A DNA stretch of 64,000 nucleotides, from the NCBI GenBank assembly GCA_004431415.1, contig QPMI01000658.1, forward strand, positions 124,001-188,000, read 5' to 3'. Below, one piece after another: positions 1 to 13,550 of this stretch. The notes below the pieces were generated by a model. That model was not told the DNA's origin and did no database searches. It saw only the letters and a list, made by a program, of their open reading frames with translations. Position 1 is the first letter of the stretch. Each line of letters opens with the position of its first letter. The position numbers were made by a program, and so were the translations under genes. This stretch comes from Cyanophora paradoxa CCMP329 (taxonomy: Eukaryota; Plantae; Glaucophyta).

Positions 1-3000
1 GCTCGTCCGTGCTCGCCGCGTCCGCCCCACCCTTCTCCTCGCCGCTGGCCGAGTCGGCCGGTGCTTCCGCGCCCTTCTCGTTCTTGGCTGCGCCCCAGGC
101 GCTCCGCTCCGCGGGGCCGCCCGAGAGGATGCGCTCGAGGATGCCGCGTTCCAGCGGCTTGAGGTCCTCCCGCGACTCGGCCCGCACCAGTTCGATGCCC
201 TCGCCCAGCGCCGGGGAGGCGGACGGGCGGCCGGAGCGCGCATACTTGCCGGCGCGGCTGCTCGAGGTCCACGAGATGGTCGAGTCGACGTCGAAGGAGC
301 CGGAGACGGCCGGCGCCCGCAGGCTCGAGCGCCGCGGCCGATGCGTCGGCTCGGCATCGCCGCCGAACGCGGTGACGTGCGAGGCGGCCGGGCCCCGGGC
401 TGACGTGCCCAGGTCCATCGCCGACGGCTCCGCCTTGCGCCCGCCCAACGCGGACTCTGCCGCGGGCGGCGGTCAGGCGCGCGGCGCGCTTGGCAGCGCT
501 CACGAAGCCGGGCGCGCGCGCGCACTCAGGGGCGGCGGCGGCGAGGAAAGGCCGAGGACGTCGAGGGGGCTGTGTGGGCTGTTCGAGCCGGCCCCGAGCT
601 CGAGTCGACAGGCTGCTCCATCTCCTCCCGCTCGTCGTCGCTCCGGCTAAACGCGAGGACGTCGCTGACGACGTGGGGCGGCGTCGGCACATGCGTCCCC
701 GAGTTCGAGCGGCTCGTCCCGGCGGCCACCACCGCCGCGACGTCCTCCATCGAGGCGGGCCGCAGCCGCGCCGTGAGCTTGGGCGACGCCGCGGGGGCGT
801 CCCCACGACCGCGCCGGCGCCGGCGCCCGCCTCGCCCGCCTCGACCGCCAGGGGCGCCTTGAGCTTCATGCTGGCCGAGCGCGGGGCGACGGCGCCGCGC
901 TTGATGCTCGCCGACTTCTGCACGCCGGCGCCGGCGCCGGCCGGCTCGCTCTCGCTGGCCGACTCGTTGCCCTTGCCGCCGCCCCCGCGCTTGCCGTGCG
1001 CGTGCTTCGGGCGCCGCTGCTCCGCCTTGTCGTGCCGCTTCTTCTCGTCGTGCGCGACGTGCGCCGCGTGCTTCGCCTCCTTCCGCTCCGCCCGCTCCTG
1101 CTTCTTCTCCGCCTTGCGCTCCTTGCGCATGCGCTTCTTCTCGGTCTCGCTGTCCTCCGTACCGTCCGTGCGCTGCGTGTGGGCCCCCTCCTCGCCCTCG
1201 GCCCCGGCCCCGGCCTCGCCCTCCCCGCCCTTGGCCGGCTGCGCATCCGCGAAATTCTCGATGCTCTTCGCGCTCCGGAACTTGACCGCCTGCGCAGGCG
1301 AAAACGGTCACCAAGTCAGTTCAGCCGGGGAACGTTAACGGTCGGTTCAGCTCAGGTGAACATGAACGCGCCTTGTCGTCCTCAGCGTCGTCGTCGGAGC
1401 TGGACTCGTCGGACTCGTCGGCGGCGCCGCCGAGCTTCTTGCGCGAGTAGTGCTTCGAGATGGCGCGGATCACGGGGCGCGGCACGTTCATCAGGATCTG
1501 CGAACTCGGCCGCGGCGCCGTCAGACGCGGCCGGCGCGAGATCGAAGAAGCGTAGCGGCGGAGGGCGGCGCAGGCGCGGGCGCAGGCGCGCACCTCGACG
1601 ATGCCCTTCTGCATCGAGTTGACCTTCTTGAACGCCGGCTGCGAGCGCGCGTGGGCATTCGCGAGGCGCCGGTCAGAGAAACGAAGGCGCAGATCGATGC
1701 AGAAATACGCACGCGGAAGACTCCGAAGATCAGGACCATGATGGCCGTGCAGAAGATCCCGAGCATGCCGCCCAGCAGGCCACCGGAGCGCTGGATGGCT
1801 AGGGGGCGAGGGGTTAGCAGGTTAGCTGGGCATAAGAACCAGCGCGCAGACCATTCGTAATCTAATCGCGCGGATGCGAGCGAAAGCGGGAAATAGCGGG
1901 AAAGGAAGCGCAAAAATGCCCCCCAGTCAGCACAAATCTCACCCGGGAATTCCGAAAATCACGATCAAGCATAAGACGGCCGCCAGAGAGATGCCGGACT
2001 GAGAGACGAGAGACACTCTAGAGAGCTCCAGACAGCATCTGCTTCGTACTGACGGGTTAGTGTAACGCGCGCACTCGCTGTTGCTGCTGCCCTCCCGCCG
2101 AAGCTGACTGACTGACGGCCTCCGGGAGCAGAAGGAAGGGAGAGGGACTGTCTTGGGAAAGCGGGGAGAGCGGGTCTTCCACCTCGTCGGTGTAGGCGGT
2201 GACGGCGCGGCGGGAGCCGTCGAGGATGCCGAAGACGCCGTTGCGGATCACCTAACCAGCGCTCAGCCTCGAGGGATAATTATCTCGAGGGCGCCGGGGG
2301 CGCGCGCGCGCGCGCACGAAGCGGAAGAGGGGGTTGGCCTGCACGTCGACTAGGTCCTCCATCTTCGCGAACTGGAATTCGCGCGCCTGCGGATCCGAGC
2401 GGGGCAAGTAAGCAAGGCGCGGGCGGGTCCGGAGATCTAGAGCGGACACTAGGAGAGACCCCCCCTTATAACATACATGTTAGCTACATAGATACACTGC
2501 TATCTATATTGAATCTATATTAACCTTAACAGAGATGTATAAGAGTTTGCTGCTCCGGAGCGCACGTTGTCGCTGTAGAGGTTGCCGGCGTCCCACAGGT
2601 TGCGGATCTGCGTCGTGATGCGCTCCGGCGGGCCCGGGTTCCACGACTCGATCGCGATCGAGGGGGCCGTCCACGCCGTCTTGACGGTCGCGTCCGTCGA
2701 GGCGACGTTGCCCGGCTCGCTCACGAGGTAGAGCATGCGGTGGTACTTCAGGAACTCGTCCACGGCCTGCGAACGCGCGCGGCCCGGCCCTTTAGAACGA
2801 GTCACCCTGAGGCGAATAATCTCAGTTCAGAGGGGCGCACCTCGTTGAGCAGGTTCTGCTGCTCAAGGAAGGTCGCCCCGTCGTTGTCGAACGCGATGAG
2901 GTTCAGCGACCGCACTGCGCCCCGCGCGGTCAGGAGCGGGACGCGACGCGAGGAGCGGGCGGGCGGGGAAGCGGGCGGGCGCGCCGTAGTAGGTGATGTC

Positions 3001-6000
3001 GCTGATGGCGCGGCGCTCCTGGCTGATCGTGCGGCTCCGGTTGATGCTGCGCGCGAGGGAGAGCGCACGTCAGGCCGGAGCTTGAGCTTGAGCTGAGCTT
3101 AAGCCTAAGCTGGGCCGGCGTTCGAATTCGGACCTCTTGCCGTACTGCTCGAAGAGGTCGCGGACGACGACGTACGTCACGGCGATGATCGTCATAAGCA
3201 CGATGATGCCCGTGATGATTCTGCGCGCGGGAAGAGTATTGATTAAGGATTTCAAGGTGAGGACGAGGTCCAAGTGAGCTAGCTGGGGGCGCGGGCGGGC
3301 GGGCGGGCGCACCCGTAGGACAGGCGCTTGACAGCGTCGACCTCCTTGGTCTGGATCTTGTACTCGCGGCCGCGGCGGCGCCGGCGCTTGGCCTGGCCGG
3401 CCTGCGAGGAGCCCTCCGAGCCGGTCCCCTGCGAGTGGCTCCCCGTCCCCGAGCTGTCGTCGTTCGTGCGCGAGTTATCGCCCTGGCTCGAGCCGGCGCC
3501 GCGCAGCTTGGCCTCCTTCTCCTCGATCTCGTCGGCGCGCTGGAACTGCATCGTGGCCTTCTCCGGCTCGTTCGCCACATCCTCCAGGAACGTGCCTGTG
3601 GGCCCCGCGCCCCGTTAGATTGCGCGCTTGAGCTCGCCGCGCGGGGCGGGGCAGGTCGATCCGCACCGTAGGCGCGGAGGAGGACCTTGGAGTTGGGGTA
3701 CTTCTTCACGAGGTTCTCGTAGGCGGAGGTGGCGAGGCGCTTCTCCGCGTAGATCGCCGCGAGCTTCTTGGGGACGTCCTCCACGACCCCCGTCCCCAGG
3801 TTCCCGTTGCTCTTCTTCGCGAGGTACCGCCAGAAGGCCTTCAGCTGGCGCAGGCACTCCTTGTGGTGCTTCTGCGCCTCCCCGTAGAAGCGCTTGAACT
3901 CGAGCATCCCCACGAAGTTGAGCTCCTCGCCGATGGCGCCCCCCGTGTTCGTCTGCTCCCAGTCCCGCCGGATCGACGAGAGCGCGAAGCTGCGCGACGA
4001 AACGGCCCGCGTCAGAGCCGGCAGGCATGGGTGGCGGGCCCCGCGCACCGCATGTCGAAACGGGGCTTGTTGCTCCACGCGCCCTTGAGCTCCAGGAGGC
4101 CGCTGGGCGCGTTCTTGCGGAAGTGGATCAGGTAGCTCGCCTGCGCGAAAGCCCTAGGAGGTGAGCCGCGGCGCCGGCGGCCCCCGCCCCCGCCCGCGCC
4201 CACGCACGTAGGAGATCCGGACGTAGGAAGACTCGGGGAACTGGGCCATGCCGCGCTTGAAGATCGCCTGCGGGTCGACGTCGCGAGGGGTCGGTCAGTC
4301 GGACGTATCAAAAGCGAAGGAGGCGAAAGGCGGACCTCGGCGCGCTCGAGGGCGGCGGGCGAGCGGTCGCGGCGGAGGAAGCGGGTGGCGACCTCGACCT
4401 CGCCCTCCGAGAGGAACTTGTTCTCGGAGAAGTAGCCGCGCAGGAAGAGGCGCCGCCAGCTGAAGTCCTCGTCGTTCAGGTCGTCGCTGTCCATGGCCGC
4501 CGGCTTGGAGACGCGCCGCGCGAAGCTGGAACCGGCGTTAAGGGCCCCGCCGGAGCTCGCGCCGAGGGTCGAGCCCTCCGTGTCGGGGCCCGCCTCGCCG
4601 CCGTCCTCGGCGCACGCGCCGGCCGCCTCGTTCACACTGGCGAGCCGCGAGGAAGACGCCGACTCCGCGTTGAGGTGCCGCCGCAGCACTCTCCGCACGT
4701 ACGTAACTGCGCGCGCCCGGACCGGAGGGCTCAGCAGCGGTCGGTGGGCGGAGCGGGGCGGGCGGGCGGGCGCACGGGAGATGTAGTAGCCGGCGGGGAG
4801 GGCGGCGATGGAGAAGAGCAGGGAGGCGATGGAGGCGACGAGCTTGGTGCCTTCGTCGAGGAAGGAGAGGACGCAGGAGCAGAGCGCGAAGACCGCCGCG
4901 CTCGTCATCAGCGCGCAGCGGAAGGCGTTGATCCGCGGCCGGTAGAACGGCTGCACCGTGATGAGGAAGACTGTGCATGCAGGCGCCAGAGTCAGACGGC
5001 TCGCCTCCCAGGGCGGCGGCGGCGGCGGGTTCGAATTCGGACCGGCGGCGAGGAGCATGAGGACGAAGATGGTGAAGTTGATTGCGGCAACTTGGCTCGC
5101 CGGGACGAGCGCAGTGATGAGGACCTGCCGGGCGGCGGCGCCAGGTCACATATGATCAGCCGCGCGGCGGGGCGGGGCGGGCGGAGCCGGGCGGGCGGCG
5201 GGGGCGGGGTCGGGGGCGGGGCGCGCCATGGCGGTACGGACGAGGAGGTAGAGGAAGTCGAAACGGCCGTGCGGGCGCGACTCGATGTCTCGCGACAGCG
5301 GCTTCCGGTCTGCCGGGGCGGGGCGGGGCGGGGCCGCGCGGTAAGGAGCGGAAAGGAGGGGGAGAAAGAAAGGAAGCGTCCAGGGGCCCACCGTGGTAGA
5401 CGAGGGCCATGAGGCAGGCGTAGGGGACGAAGAGAAGGAGCGCGACGACGCTCACCCCGAGGTAGATCACTGCGCGGGAGGGGTTGAGAGGGGAGGGGGG
5501 GGGGGGAGGGGGGCAGGGGGGGTACTCACGGTGCGTGGCGCTCCAGCAGACTTGGAGGTTCTCTTCGTTGCCCTTCGCCCCGCACCTCACGCCCCACATG
5601 AAGAAGCTGCGCGGGGGGGGGTACGTCAGGCCTTGCGCCGCGAACGGGTGCCGGGCGCGGGGCCGCTCACTTGATGATCGTGATGTAGAAGGCCTGGGCG
5701 GGGTACCCGATTAAACCGCGCGAGGCGAAAGGGCGCGGAACACCGCCGCCCGCGCACCGTGAGCATGATCTTGACGACGACCCGCAGGATCTTGACGGGA
5801 AGCATCATGAAGCGCTGCGTCCTGAAGTTGTACCACACTTGCGTACGCGGGCGGCGGGCGGGGGTCAGAGAATTGATCCCGCTCGGGTCCCAAGCTCGGA
5901 GGCCCCGGAGATCTAGTCTAGACAGGCGCACCGAGGACGCTCAGGCTCATGGCGATGAAGACGCAGCTCGCGGCGAGCCAGAAGAAGAACTCGAGGATTC

Positions 6001-6634
6001 CGGAGTGCGAGTTCATGAAAGAAGCGTAGACGTTCGTGATGCTCTGAAGCCAGCCAACAACGTCCTGCGCAGAGGGCAGGTGAGCGCGTTAACGTTGCTG
6101 GCACCGCGCGCTCAAATTCCGTACCGAGGACCAGGTGTTCCCGGTCGTCATGCTCAGGCCGAGCAGCTGGAGAAAGTCGATGAACTGCGAGCGGCAGCGG
6201 GTGAGCTTGCGAACAGGCCACGAGCTGCTACAACGCGCACCTGCAAGAGAAAGACGCTGATGAAGTTCTTGAACATCGATTTCCGCTTGGCGGCCCGCTC
6301 GCAGAGTGTGTACAAAACGCCGAAAAAAGCGTCCTCCAACCTTCCGGAATCTCAGGACGCAAAAGGGACGCGAGGGATACCCGAGGGACGGCACGCACTT
6401 TCGCTCCTTAAGGTCCTCGCTCTCCATCAGCACAGCGGACTCGTTCCCCGCGCTGACCACGCTGGGTTCGTACCCAGCATCACTTCCTGCTGCTATGCTC
6501 GCTCTCCGACCTGTGCTGACTCCCGGGACTTCGCCGGTAGCGCGCGACGCGTCAACCGCGAGCTGGCCTCCAGAATCCGGATCGCCGCTGAACGTCCGGC
6601 CGCGGCCTTTCAACGAAGACCGCCTGCCGCTCAT
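1..6634 (-). CDS. TmcB/TmcC-like (tiny macrocysts B family) multi-pass membrane protein; multi-exon; runs off the window start
   Basis: ATG at 6634. Spliced exons give family-typical motifs: N-terminal TM helices, PHGRFDFLYLLVRT, QPFYRPRINAFR, FKRGMAQFPESSYV..YASYLIHF, LEFKRFYGEAQKHHKECLRQLKAFWRYL and YENLVKKYPNSKVLLRAYGTFLEDVANEPEKA. Further TM segments follow (IITGIIVLMTIIAVTYVVV; MLGIFCTAIMVLIFGVF..ILMNVPRPVI), then an acidic/Lys-rich region. Family recognised from motifs, no search run. Confidence 0.8.
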
Positions 6635-7168
6635 CTCGATCGGCTTTCGGGGGAACCGCCCCGCAGGTGAAGGGGTGACTTGATCGCGGCGTCAAACTCG
6701 ACTGAGAGCTTCGAATTCGATCGGCGTGCGCGTCGTGTGCGTACGAGCGCGTTCAAGCTTCAAGCTCTCTAGGTTTTCACGTACGCGCTGCTGCTGCTGC
6801 GCTGTGCTCGCAAAGTAGCTCAGCGGCTACTACAGCTCGACGGCCGGGAACTTGCTTCTTCGCCGGGTACCGTAATTCTGAACTTCCATGACGACCCGAG
6901 ATCTTGGCGCACGCCATCGATAGACGAGGATCTGCAAGCAGGCCGGTTGCTTAGCTAGCTAGATCTAGAATCGAAAGGCGTTCTGCTTGCAAAGTAGCCC
7001 GCGGGGGGAGGTCTCGGGGGCGGTACGCGCAAAACCTCGCGGGGCGCGGCCGCGGCCGCTAGCCAGAGCGCGCGACCAGAGGAAAATTGATCTTCAAGAA
7101 CTGCGCTGTTGAAAGAAGCTGAAGGCCTAGGGAGCTAGCCTACCATTCTACCTAGGCGCTGCTAGCGC

Positions 7169-8787
7169 TCAGAGGCGGGAGGCGACGTGGCCGGCGACGG
7201 GGGCGCGGCAGAGGGGGCACTTGTTCTCGATGCGGGGCTGGCACGCTTCGCACACGCACAGGTGCATGCAGGGCATGAGCACCACCTGCGCCGGCGACGT
7301 CAGCCGAGGCGGAGGCGCGCGGGGCGGGGCGGGGCGGGGCGGGGCGGGGCGCACTCGGCGGGGCCGCTCCAGGCAGGCGACGCAGGTCGTGTCCCTGAGG
7401 CGGTCCTCCAGAGCCGAGAGCCGCCCCTGGAGCGCGGTCGCCTCGTCCCGGTCGGCGACGGGGCTCCGCGCCAGGCGCGCGGCGAGGGCGTCCGCCTCCC
7501 GCTCCAGGTCCGAGGCGCGGCGCTCGGCGGACTGCCGCCGGGCGCGCTCCTCGAGAAACAGGCGCCGCAGGGCGCGCAGCTCGACCTGGAGGCCGGCGTC
7601 GCCCGCCGAGCCAGCGCTCCCCGCCGGCGAGGGCGGGCCGGAGCCGGCCTCCTCGCGAGAAGCCGAGCCCGAGCCTCGCCGCTCGCCCCGTGCCGGCGTC
7701 GCGGCGGTCGCCTCCTCCTCTTCGGGGGCGGGGGCGGAGGCGGAGGTGGAGGAGGGGCTGGGTGCGGGCGCGGGAGGGGGCGAGGCGGGTGCGAGGGGCG
7801 CGGAGGAGGGGCGGCGGGGCGCGTGGGGAAGGGCCTCGGCGGCGGCGCGGGCCTGCTGGAACTCCAGGACCGCCTCTATGATCTCATGCGCAAAGTCCCG
7901 CACCCGCGCCTCCTCTGCCGGCGCAGACTCAGCAGCTGGAACAACCGAAGGCGGCGAAGCGAAGCGGGGCGGGGCGGCACCCATGCCGGGGAGCCCGAAG
8001 AGCTCGTCGAGGGTGATGGGGCGCGCCTTGGCGATGACGGAGAGCTGGTCGTTGCTGATGACGTCCCAGGGCGCCAGGTTCTCGTCGTTCAGGTCCTGCA
8101 GGATCTGCGCCGCCGGCATCAGCGCGCGGTTCGGCGTGCGGGCGGAGCCGGCGGGGCTAGATAGCCGTACGCGCCTTTCTCCGAACGACGAGCAGCCTCG
8201 TGAAGCACTCGTTGCTGGTGGGCGTGAGCTCCGCAGCCGCCTGCTTCACGCTGACCTTCGGCTTCCTGGGCCTCAGCGCCGCACCCGAAGACGCTGATAT
8301 AACGATCATTAGCACGCGCGCGAGACGACTGGAGCGGGCGGCGCACCCGCCGAGCCAACCCCGAGGTTGAGCGCTGCAGCCGCTGCCGAACGTTGGAGCC
8401 CGCACACGAGCAAGTTCGAAAGAGAGCTCACCGGCGGGCCCGAGCTTTGAACCAAAGTCGAGGCTCTTCGAAACTGGAAGACGCTAATACACGGTTACGT
8501 TCCCCGCCGCGCCGATCCGGGGTGGCACGGCTCACCGGTTTGGAAGGGCCCGGCTGGCGATCCAGGGGCCTCTTCAACGATGCAGACGCGCTTGAGGCTG
8601 ACGCTAGCTGAGCTGCCTTGGCATTCCGCTGGGCCAGCACGCCGTGCTCGACGGGAAGGCCGGCAGGGACGGACGGGGCATGGCGGAGCTCCGGGTCGCA
8701 GTAGATTGTGAACGGCTGAATGTTTGAGCGCGAGGAAGATGCCTGCAAAGGCCCAGGGCCCCCGACGGAGCGCGTCCGGCCCAGCAT
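7169..8787 (-). CDS. HRDC-domain + coiled-coil + C-terminal C3HC4 RING protein (putative E3 ubiquitin ligase); multi-exon; start uncertain
   Basis: RING after removing one intron: CVACLERPRR|VVLMPCMHLCVCEACQPRIENKCPLCR. HRDC-like: CFTRLLVVRRK..ENLAPWDVISNDQLSVIAKARPITLDELFGLPGMG..RVRDFAHEIIEAV. Stop at 7169-7171. Confidence 0.75.
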
Positions 8788-9207
8788 CGCCGAAATCCTG
8801 TACCCGATTTCAAAAAAACTGCGAAAACTTGTGTGGTACCGGGCAGCACCGCAGCGGCCCTGGAAAAGCGCTCCAGCTGCTCATGGGCACAAGTTCGAGA
8901 AGCCGGCCACCGGCCGACTCCGCGCGCTGCCGCGGAGGCGCGCACCACTTTTGGCCTTGCGCGCCGCCGTGCAGCGGGCTCTCAGTCTAGCAGTGAGACT
9001 GCTTCGTTAAGCTAGGCTTTCTGAAGCTGAGCACTTCCCGAAGCAGCGCGGCGACCAAGCGGCCGCGTCACGACGTGCAAGCGGTCCGCCTGGAACCCGT
9101 TAGCGCCAGCTAGCTGAGCTGCGGCACCCTGTGTGAGTCCCTTGCGGCGCGTCAGCGTCGCGTGAGCTGCGGCATAGGTGGTCAGCGTCAGCCGAGCAGC
9201 GCCGGCG

Positions 9208-12200
9208 ATGCAGACGCAGACGCCGGCGCTCGAGCTATTGGAGGCGCTGCGCCGCACGCGCAGGATCGTCCAGTGCACCACGTCCGACCTCTTCCAGTCC
9301 GCCCGCCCCGCCCGTCTCCCGCCTCCCGCCTTTCGCCTCCCGGCCCGTTGACGCGGGGCGGCGCGCGGGCAGTGGGGACCCCTTCGTGTCTACGGCGGAG
9401 AAGCGCCTGGCGGGGCGGGCGTGGACAGAGGAGGACGGCGTGCTCGGCGGCTCGACGCGGGTGGCCATGCGCCCGCGCCCGCTGGCGGCCCCCGCCGCCG
9501 AAGCGGCGGACCCCGAAGAGGCAGGCCTGTGGAATGACGAGGACGGGGTGTGGGAGGAGCAGCTCGCCGGGGCGTACGCGGATCTGGAGCTGGCGGAGGG
9601 CGTACGGGCCCAAGAGGCGGCCCGGCTTCGGGCAATCTCGACCCTACCCCCCCGCCAGCTTGGCTTCGAGCCGGAACCCGGGGCCGGCCCCGCCCCGGGC
9701 CTCGGCGACGATGACGACGACGACGACGAAGACGCGCCGCGCGTTCGGAGCCCGTACCCCTCCCGCCCCCGCCCCCGCCCCCGCTCCTCCGCCTCCGCTT
9801 CCGCCTCCGCATCGGCTTCGGCGCGTACCCTCCCCCTCACGGCGTCGCTGCCGGCGCTACCCCCCGGGAGCCCGTCCCCCCCGCCTCTCCTCGGCGGACC
9901 GGAAGTTGACATCCTAGAGAGCCTGCGCCGGCCGCCCTCCCGCTCCAGCCTCGAGGTACCCCGGTACCCCCCCTCCCCTCCCCCCCCCTCTCTGAACCCC
10001 CGCGCCCAGGGCCTATGGTGGGGCTCCAAGCCCCGGCCCCGCCCCGCATCCACCGCAAGCCCCGCCGCCGTGCGCACCTCCTCTCCCGCCCCGCCCGCCC
10101 ACTCCGCCGGTCTCTCGCCGACCCGCCGGCGCTGCGCAGCTCCGGCGCTCGCGCTCCCAGAGGAACCCATGGGACCGTTCCTCCTCCTCCCCCTCCCGCC
10201 GGGGCTCTCGCTCCGGCAGCTTCGCCGGCCTCGACGAGGTGCTCCTAGGAGGGCGCCGGATTCCTCCCCCCCCGGACCCGGGGTACGTCCTGGGCCGCCC
10301 CGTCTCGGAGCTGGGCCCCCGCCTCCGGCGCCAGCTCGCGATCGAGGCCCGCGAGGCCGCCTACCGCGCCGCCCTCGCCGCCGACGCCGAAGGTGTACCC
10401 CCCTCCTCCTCCCCCCCCCCTCTTCCTAACTTTCTTCCCTCCCTTCCTTCCTCAGCGCTCGCGGGGGAGCTGCTTCTGGCCGACCTGGCGCCCCGCTCGC
10501 CCACGGCCCTCGCGGCCCTCGCCGCCCGCCTCGCCGCCTCCCTCCACTCCCTCTACGGTCCGTGCTTTCGGCTTTTCATTAGGCTTCATTAAGCTACGGT
10601 CCACTCCCAAACATAGAGCTTCCGGGTTTTCATTAAGAGTCCGCCCGCTCCACGTTAAGGAGTTCCAGGCGCAACGCGCCCTCCGCCGCCGCCGCCCGCT
10701 CACGCCCTTCGGCCCGCCCGCCGGCCCGCCCGCCCCCGCAGTACTAAGAGCTTAAGAGTTTAAGCTAAGAGCTTTTAAAGAAGCTCTAGTTGCAAGGGAG
10801 CTAAAGATCCGCGCCGCACTTAAGCCGCCCGCTCACGACCGCTCACGACCGCCCCCGCAGTGAAACTTAAGCGCTTTGAAATTAAAGAGTTTGAGCTTGA
10901 AACTTCGAACTTAGAACTTAGAAAGTCCGCCCGCTCTTCGTTAGAGAGCTCCAGGCGAAAAGCGCCCTTGCAGTTTCCCTCCTTTTTCTCTGCAGCCCGC
11001 CCGCCTGTCTTGCAACCACGCCGCCCGCTCACGACCGCCCGCCCCCGCAGTCCCGCTGCGCTCGGTCTTCGAGTACTACCGGGACGGCCACCGCGCGTGG
11101 CCCGCCACGCACCGCGCCCTCCTCCGCCGCCTCGCCCTCCGCTTCCCTTCTTCAAAGGCGCCCGACGAGGATTCCCACGAGGGTCCGGGGCCTTCTTCAC
11201 CTTCGCCTTCGCCTTCGCCGCGGCCCGAAGGGGTCCTGGGGCGCCCGGCGCTGGAGCGGCTCTTACAGGACGCCGGCCTAGTCGCCCCGCCCTACGTCCC
11301 GCCCCCGTCCCCGCGGCCCGATCCCCTCTTCCCCTTCTCCCGGAGGCCCTCCTACGCCCCTGCCCCTACCCCCCCTCCTCCGCCTGCCCCCCCTCCTCCT
11401 CCTGGGACTCCCTACCTCACCGCGGCGGAGGTGGAGGAGGCGTACCGGGCGGCCGCCAGCGACGACTTCATGCAGACGATGCGGGGCGCGTACCTCGCGG
11501 CCCGCTCCGGCCTCGCCCGCCCCGTGCGTCCGCACCCGCCTCCGCTTCGCCCTGATTTGATCCGGCCTGATTTGATCCGGCAGGTCACGGCCGAAGCCGC
11601 GGGGCGGCGCCCCTTCTCTTCCGAAGCAGCGGCCCGGCCCGCCACCAGCGGACCGGGGCGACCCTTAGCGGGCCGTCCCCTCTTTCTCGCCCCCCCAGTC
11701 CCCGGGGCCCCCTCGGCCCCCTCCTCCTCCCCCGCCCCCCCCGAGCCCTGCCGCGCCCCCCTCTCTTTCGCCCAGTTCGTGTCTCTCCTTGCCCGCCTGG
11801 CGCACGCGCGGCACGGGCGGGGCGCCCGCTCCTGGGAGCCCGCGGGCCGGCTCGAGGCCCAGCTGGAGCGGCTAGCCTCCGAGGAGCTCTTGCCCCGCGC
11901 CGCCTACGACGACGCGGCGGAGCTTCTAAAGGCGGTACGCTTATTCTTTCTTTTAAGGAGCTTTCTTCTTATTATTATTATTCTTTGTTGTTATGTTAGA
12001 CGCGGGCGCCGCGGGTGCTGGAGGCGCTGGAGGGGTCGGGCCCCGCGCTGCGGGGCCTCTTCCGGCGCTACGCCGTCCAGCGGCCCCTGCCGCCCCCGAC
12101 GCCCCTCGTCACCGCCCCGCCGCCTCCTCCGCCCCCGCCACGGCCGGCCGCGGCGGCTGCGAAGGGGAAGGGAAAGGGCAAAGGTTCGAATCCCGCCCGT

Positions 12201-13136
12201 TTGGCTTTAATTTGTTAGTCCAGCCCCCCAGGCCGCTGAGCTTGACGGGGTCGCGTGCGCAGGCAAGGGCAAAGGAAAGGGCAAGGCAAAGGGGCCGGCG
12301 AAGCCTCCCGAGGAGGCGGGGGCGGCGGGCCCGGTGGCCGAGCCGCCGGCCGGTATCCCCCTGGAGCGCTGGGTAGAGCTATTCTCGGGCCGGGGCGTGA
12401 CGGAGGCCGGCCTTCTCTCCGTCGCGGACCTGGAGTACGTCTTCTCGATCTTCGTACCCGGGCCCCGAGGGCCCAGGGAGGACCCGCTGCTGGCCGTACC
12501 CCCCTCCGCCTCAGCGGCCCCCCCGCCCGACGGCCCCGCCGTGCGTGCGACGCCCCGCCCGCGCGCGTCGAGCCAATTGCAAGCCGTAACCCCCGCGCGC
12601 AGACGATGTCGTACCCCCAGTTCTGCTCGGCGCTGGCGGTGGTGGCGCTGTTTCGGTTCCCGCCGATGCCGCCGGCGTCGCTCCAGGCGGGCCCCGGCCC
12701 CGGGGCCGGCGGGGCGCCCCCCGCGGAGCTGGACCTGGGCCCGCCCCTCTCGCGGCTGCTGGAGCTGCTAAGGCGGCGAGGAATGGAGGCCGACGACGCT
12801 GAGGTCGAGGCGCGCGCCGCGCGCCCTAGCCTAAGCATCCCGCCCCTTCCAATCCTTCTGACTTCCCCTCGCTCGTAGGATAACCAAGCCCGCGCCGCCG
12901 AGGCGGCGGCGGCGGCGGCGGCGGCGGCGGCCGCGGCCGCGGGCGCAGCGGAGGCGGAGAGGGGCCGGGGCCCGCGTCGCCTGCTCTCCATCTCGGCAGC
13001 TGCGGGCTCCCGAAAGTCGGTCGACGCCACAGCGGCGGGGGGCCTCGCCGCGAACCGAGGGGCCCGGCGCCGGCCGGCGCCGCGCGCCGGCCCTCGCAGC
13101 CCTCGGGGGCTCGAGGTCCTCGCGGCCCTCGCCTAG
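9208..13136 (+). CDS. Hypothetical Pro/Ala-rich protein with EF-hand-like/p25-alpha-like helical segments; multi-exon
   Basis: ATG 9208 (MQTQTPALELLEALRR). Exons LSFAQFVSLLARLAHARH, LRGLFRRYA, IPLERWVELFSGRGV..LSVADLEYVFSIF and MSYPQFCSALAVVA. The last exon 12879-13136 is in frame to TAG. The domain call is weak. Confidence 0.55.
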
Positions 13137-13550
13137 GCCCCAGCTCGCCTCTACCCGTCCGCTGTACCGTTTTTTCAGAATGTCTGGCCTCGCGCGCGAT
13201 CGGGCGCGGTCGCTGTGATCACACTAGTACTGCAGATGCGCGCGGGGGCGGCCGCGGGCCGGCCCGGCCCGGGGGCGGGGGCGGGGGCAGACGGCCTCGG
13301 GCCCCGGGAAGAGGCCCGCGGCCGCCGGCCGCCGGCCCCTGCTGGCCTGGCCCCTCAGGCGCCGGCCTGAGCGAAGGCTGATCATGAGCCTCGATCTCGA
13401 ATTTCGAAGGCTCCAAATTTAGAACTTCGGAAGCTCATGCAAGCTCGCAACGGAGCCGGATTCCGGTCCCAATTTCAGGATTCCGGAGCGCTCCGCAGCC
13501 TCCGCTGCGCCCGAGATCGCGCATGCGCAGGCTGCGCAGCGGATCCGGTA

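Noticed and set aside
1-1913. A separate gene at the window start
   Set aside because: The exons read as the continuation of the TmcB-like gene.
6868-6890. TA-CCGTAAT resembling a pogo end
   Set aside because: Only about 7 bp match, with no partner TIR.
9-13416. Many long overlapping Arg/Pro/Gly/Ala-rich ORFs in the track
   Set aside because: Shadow or antisense frames of GC-rich spliced genes, with no independent motifs.
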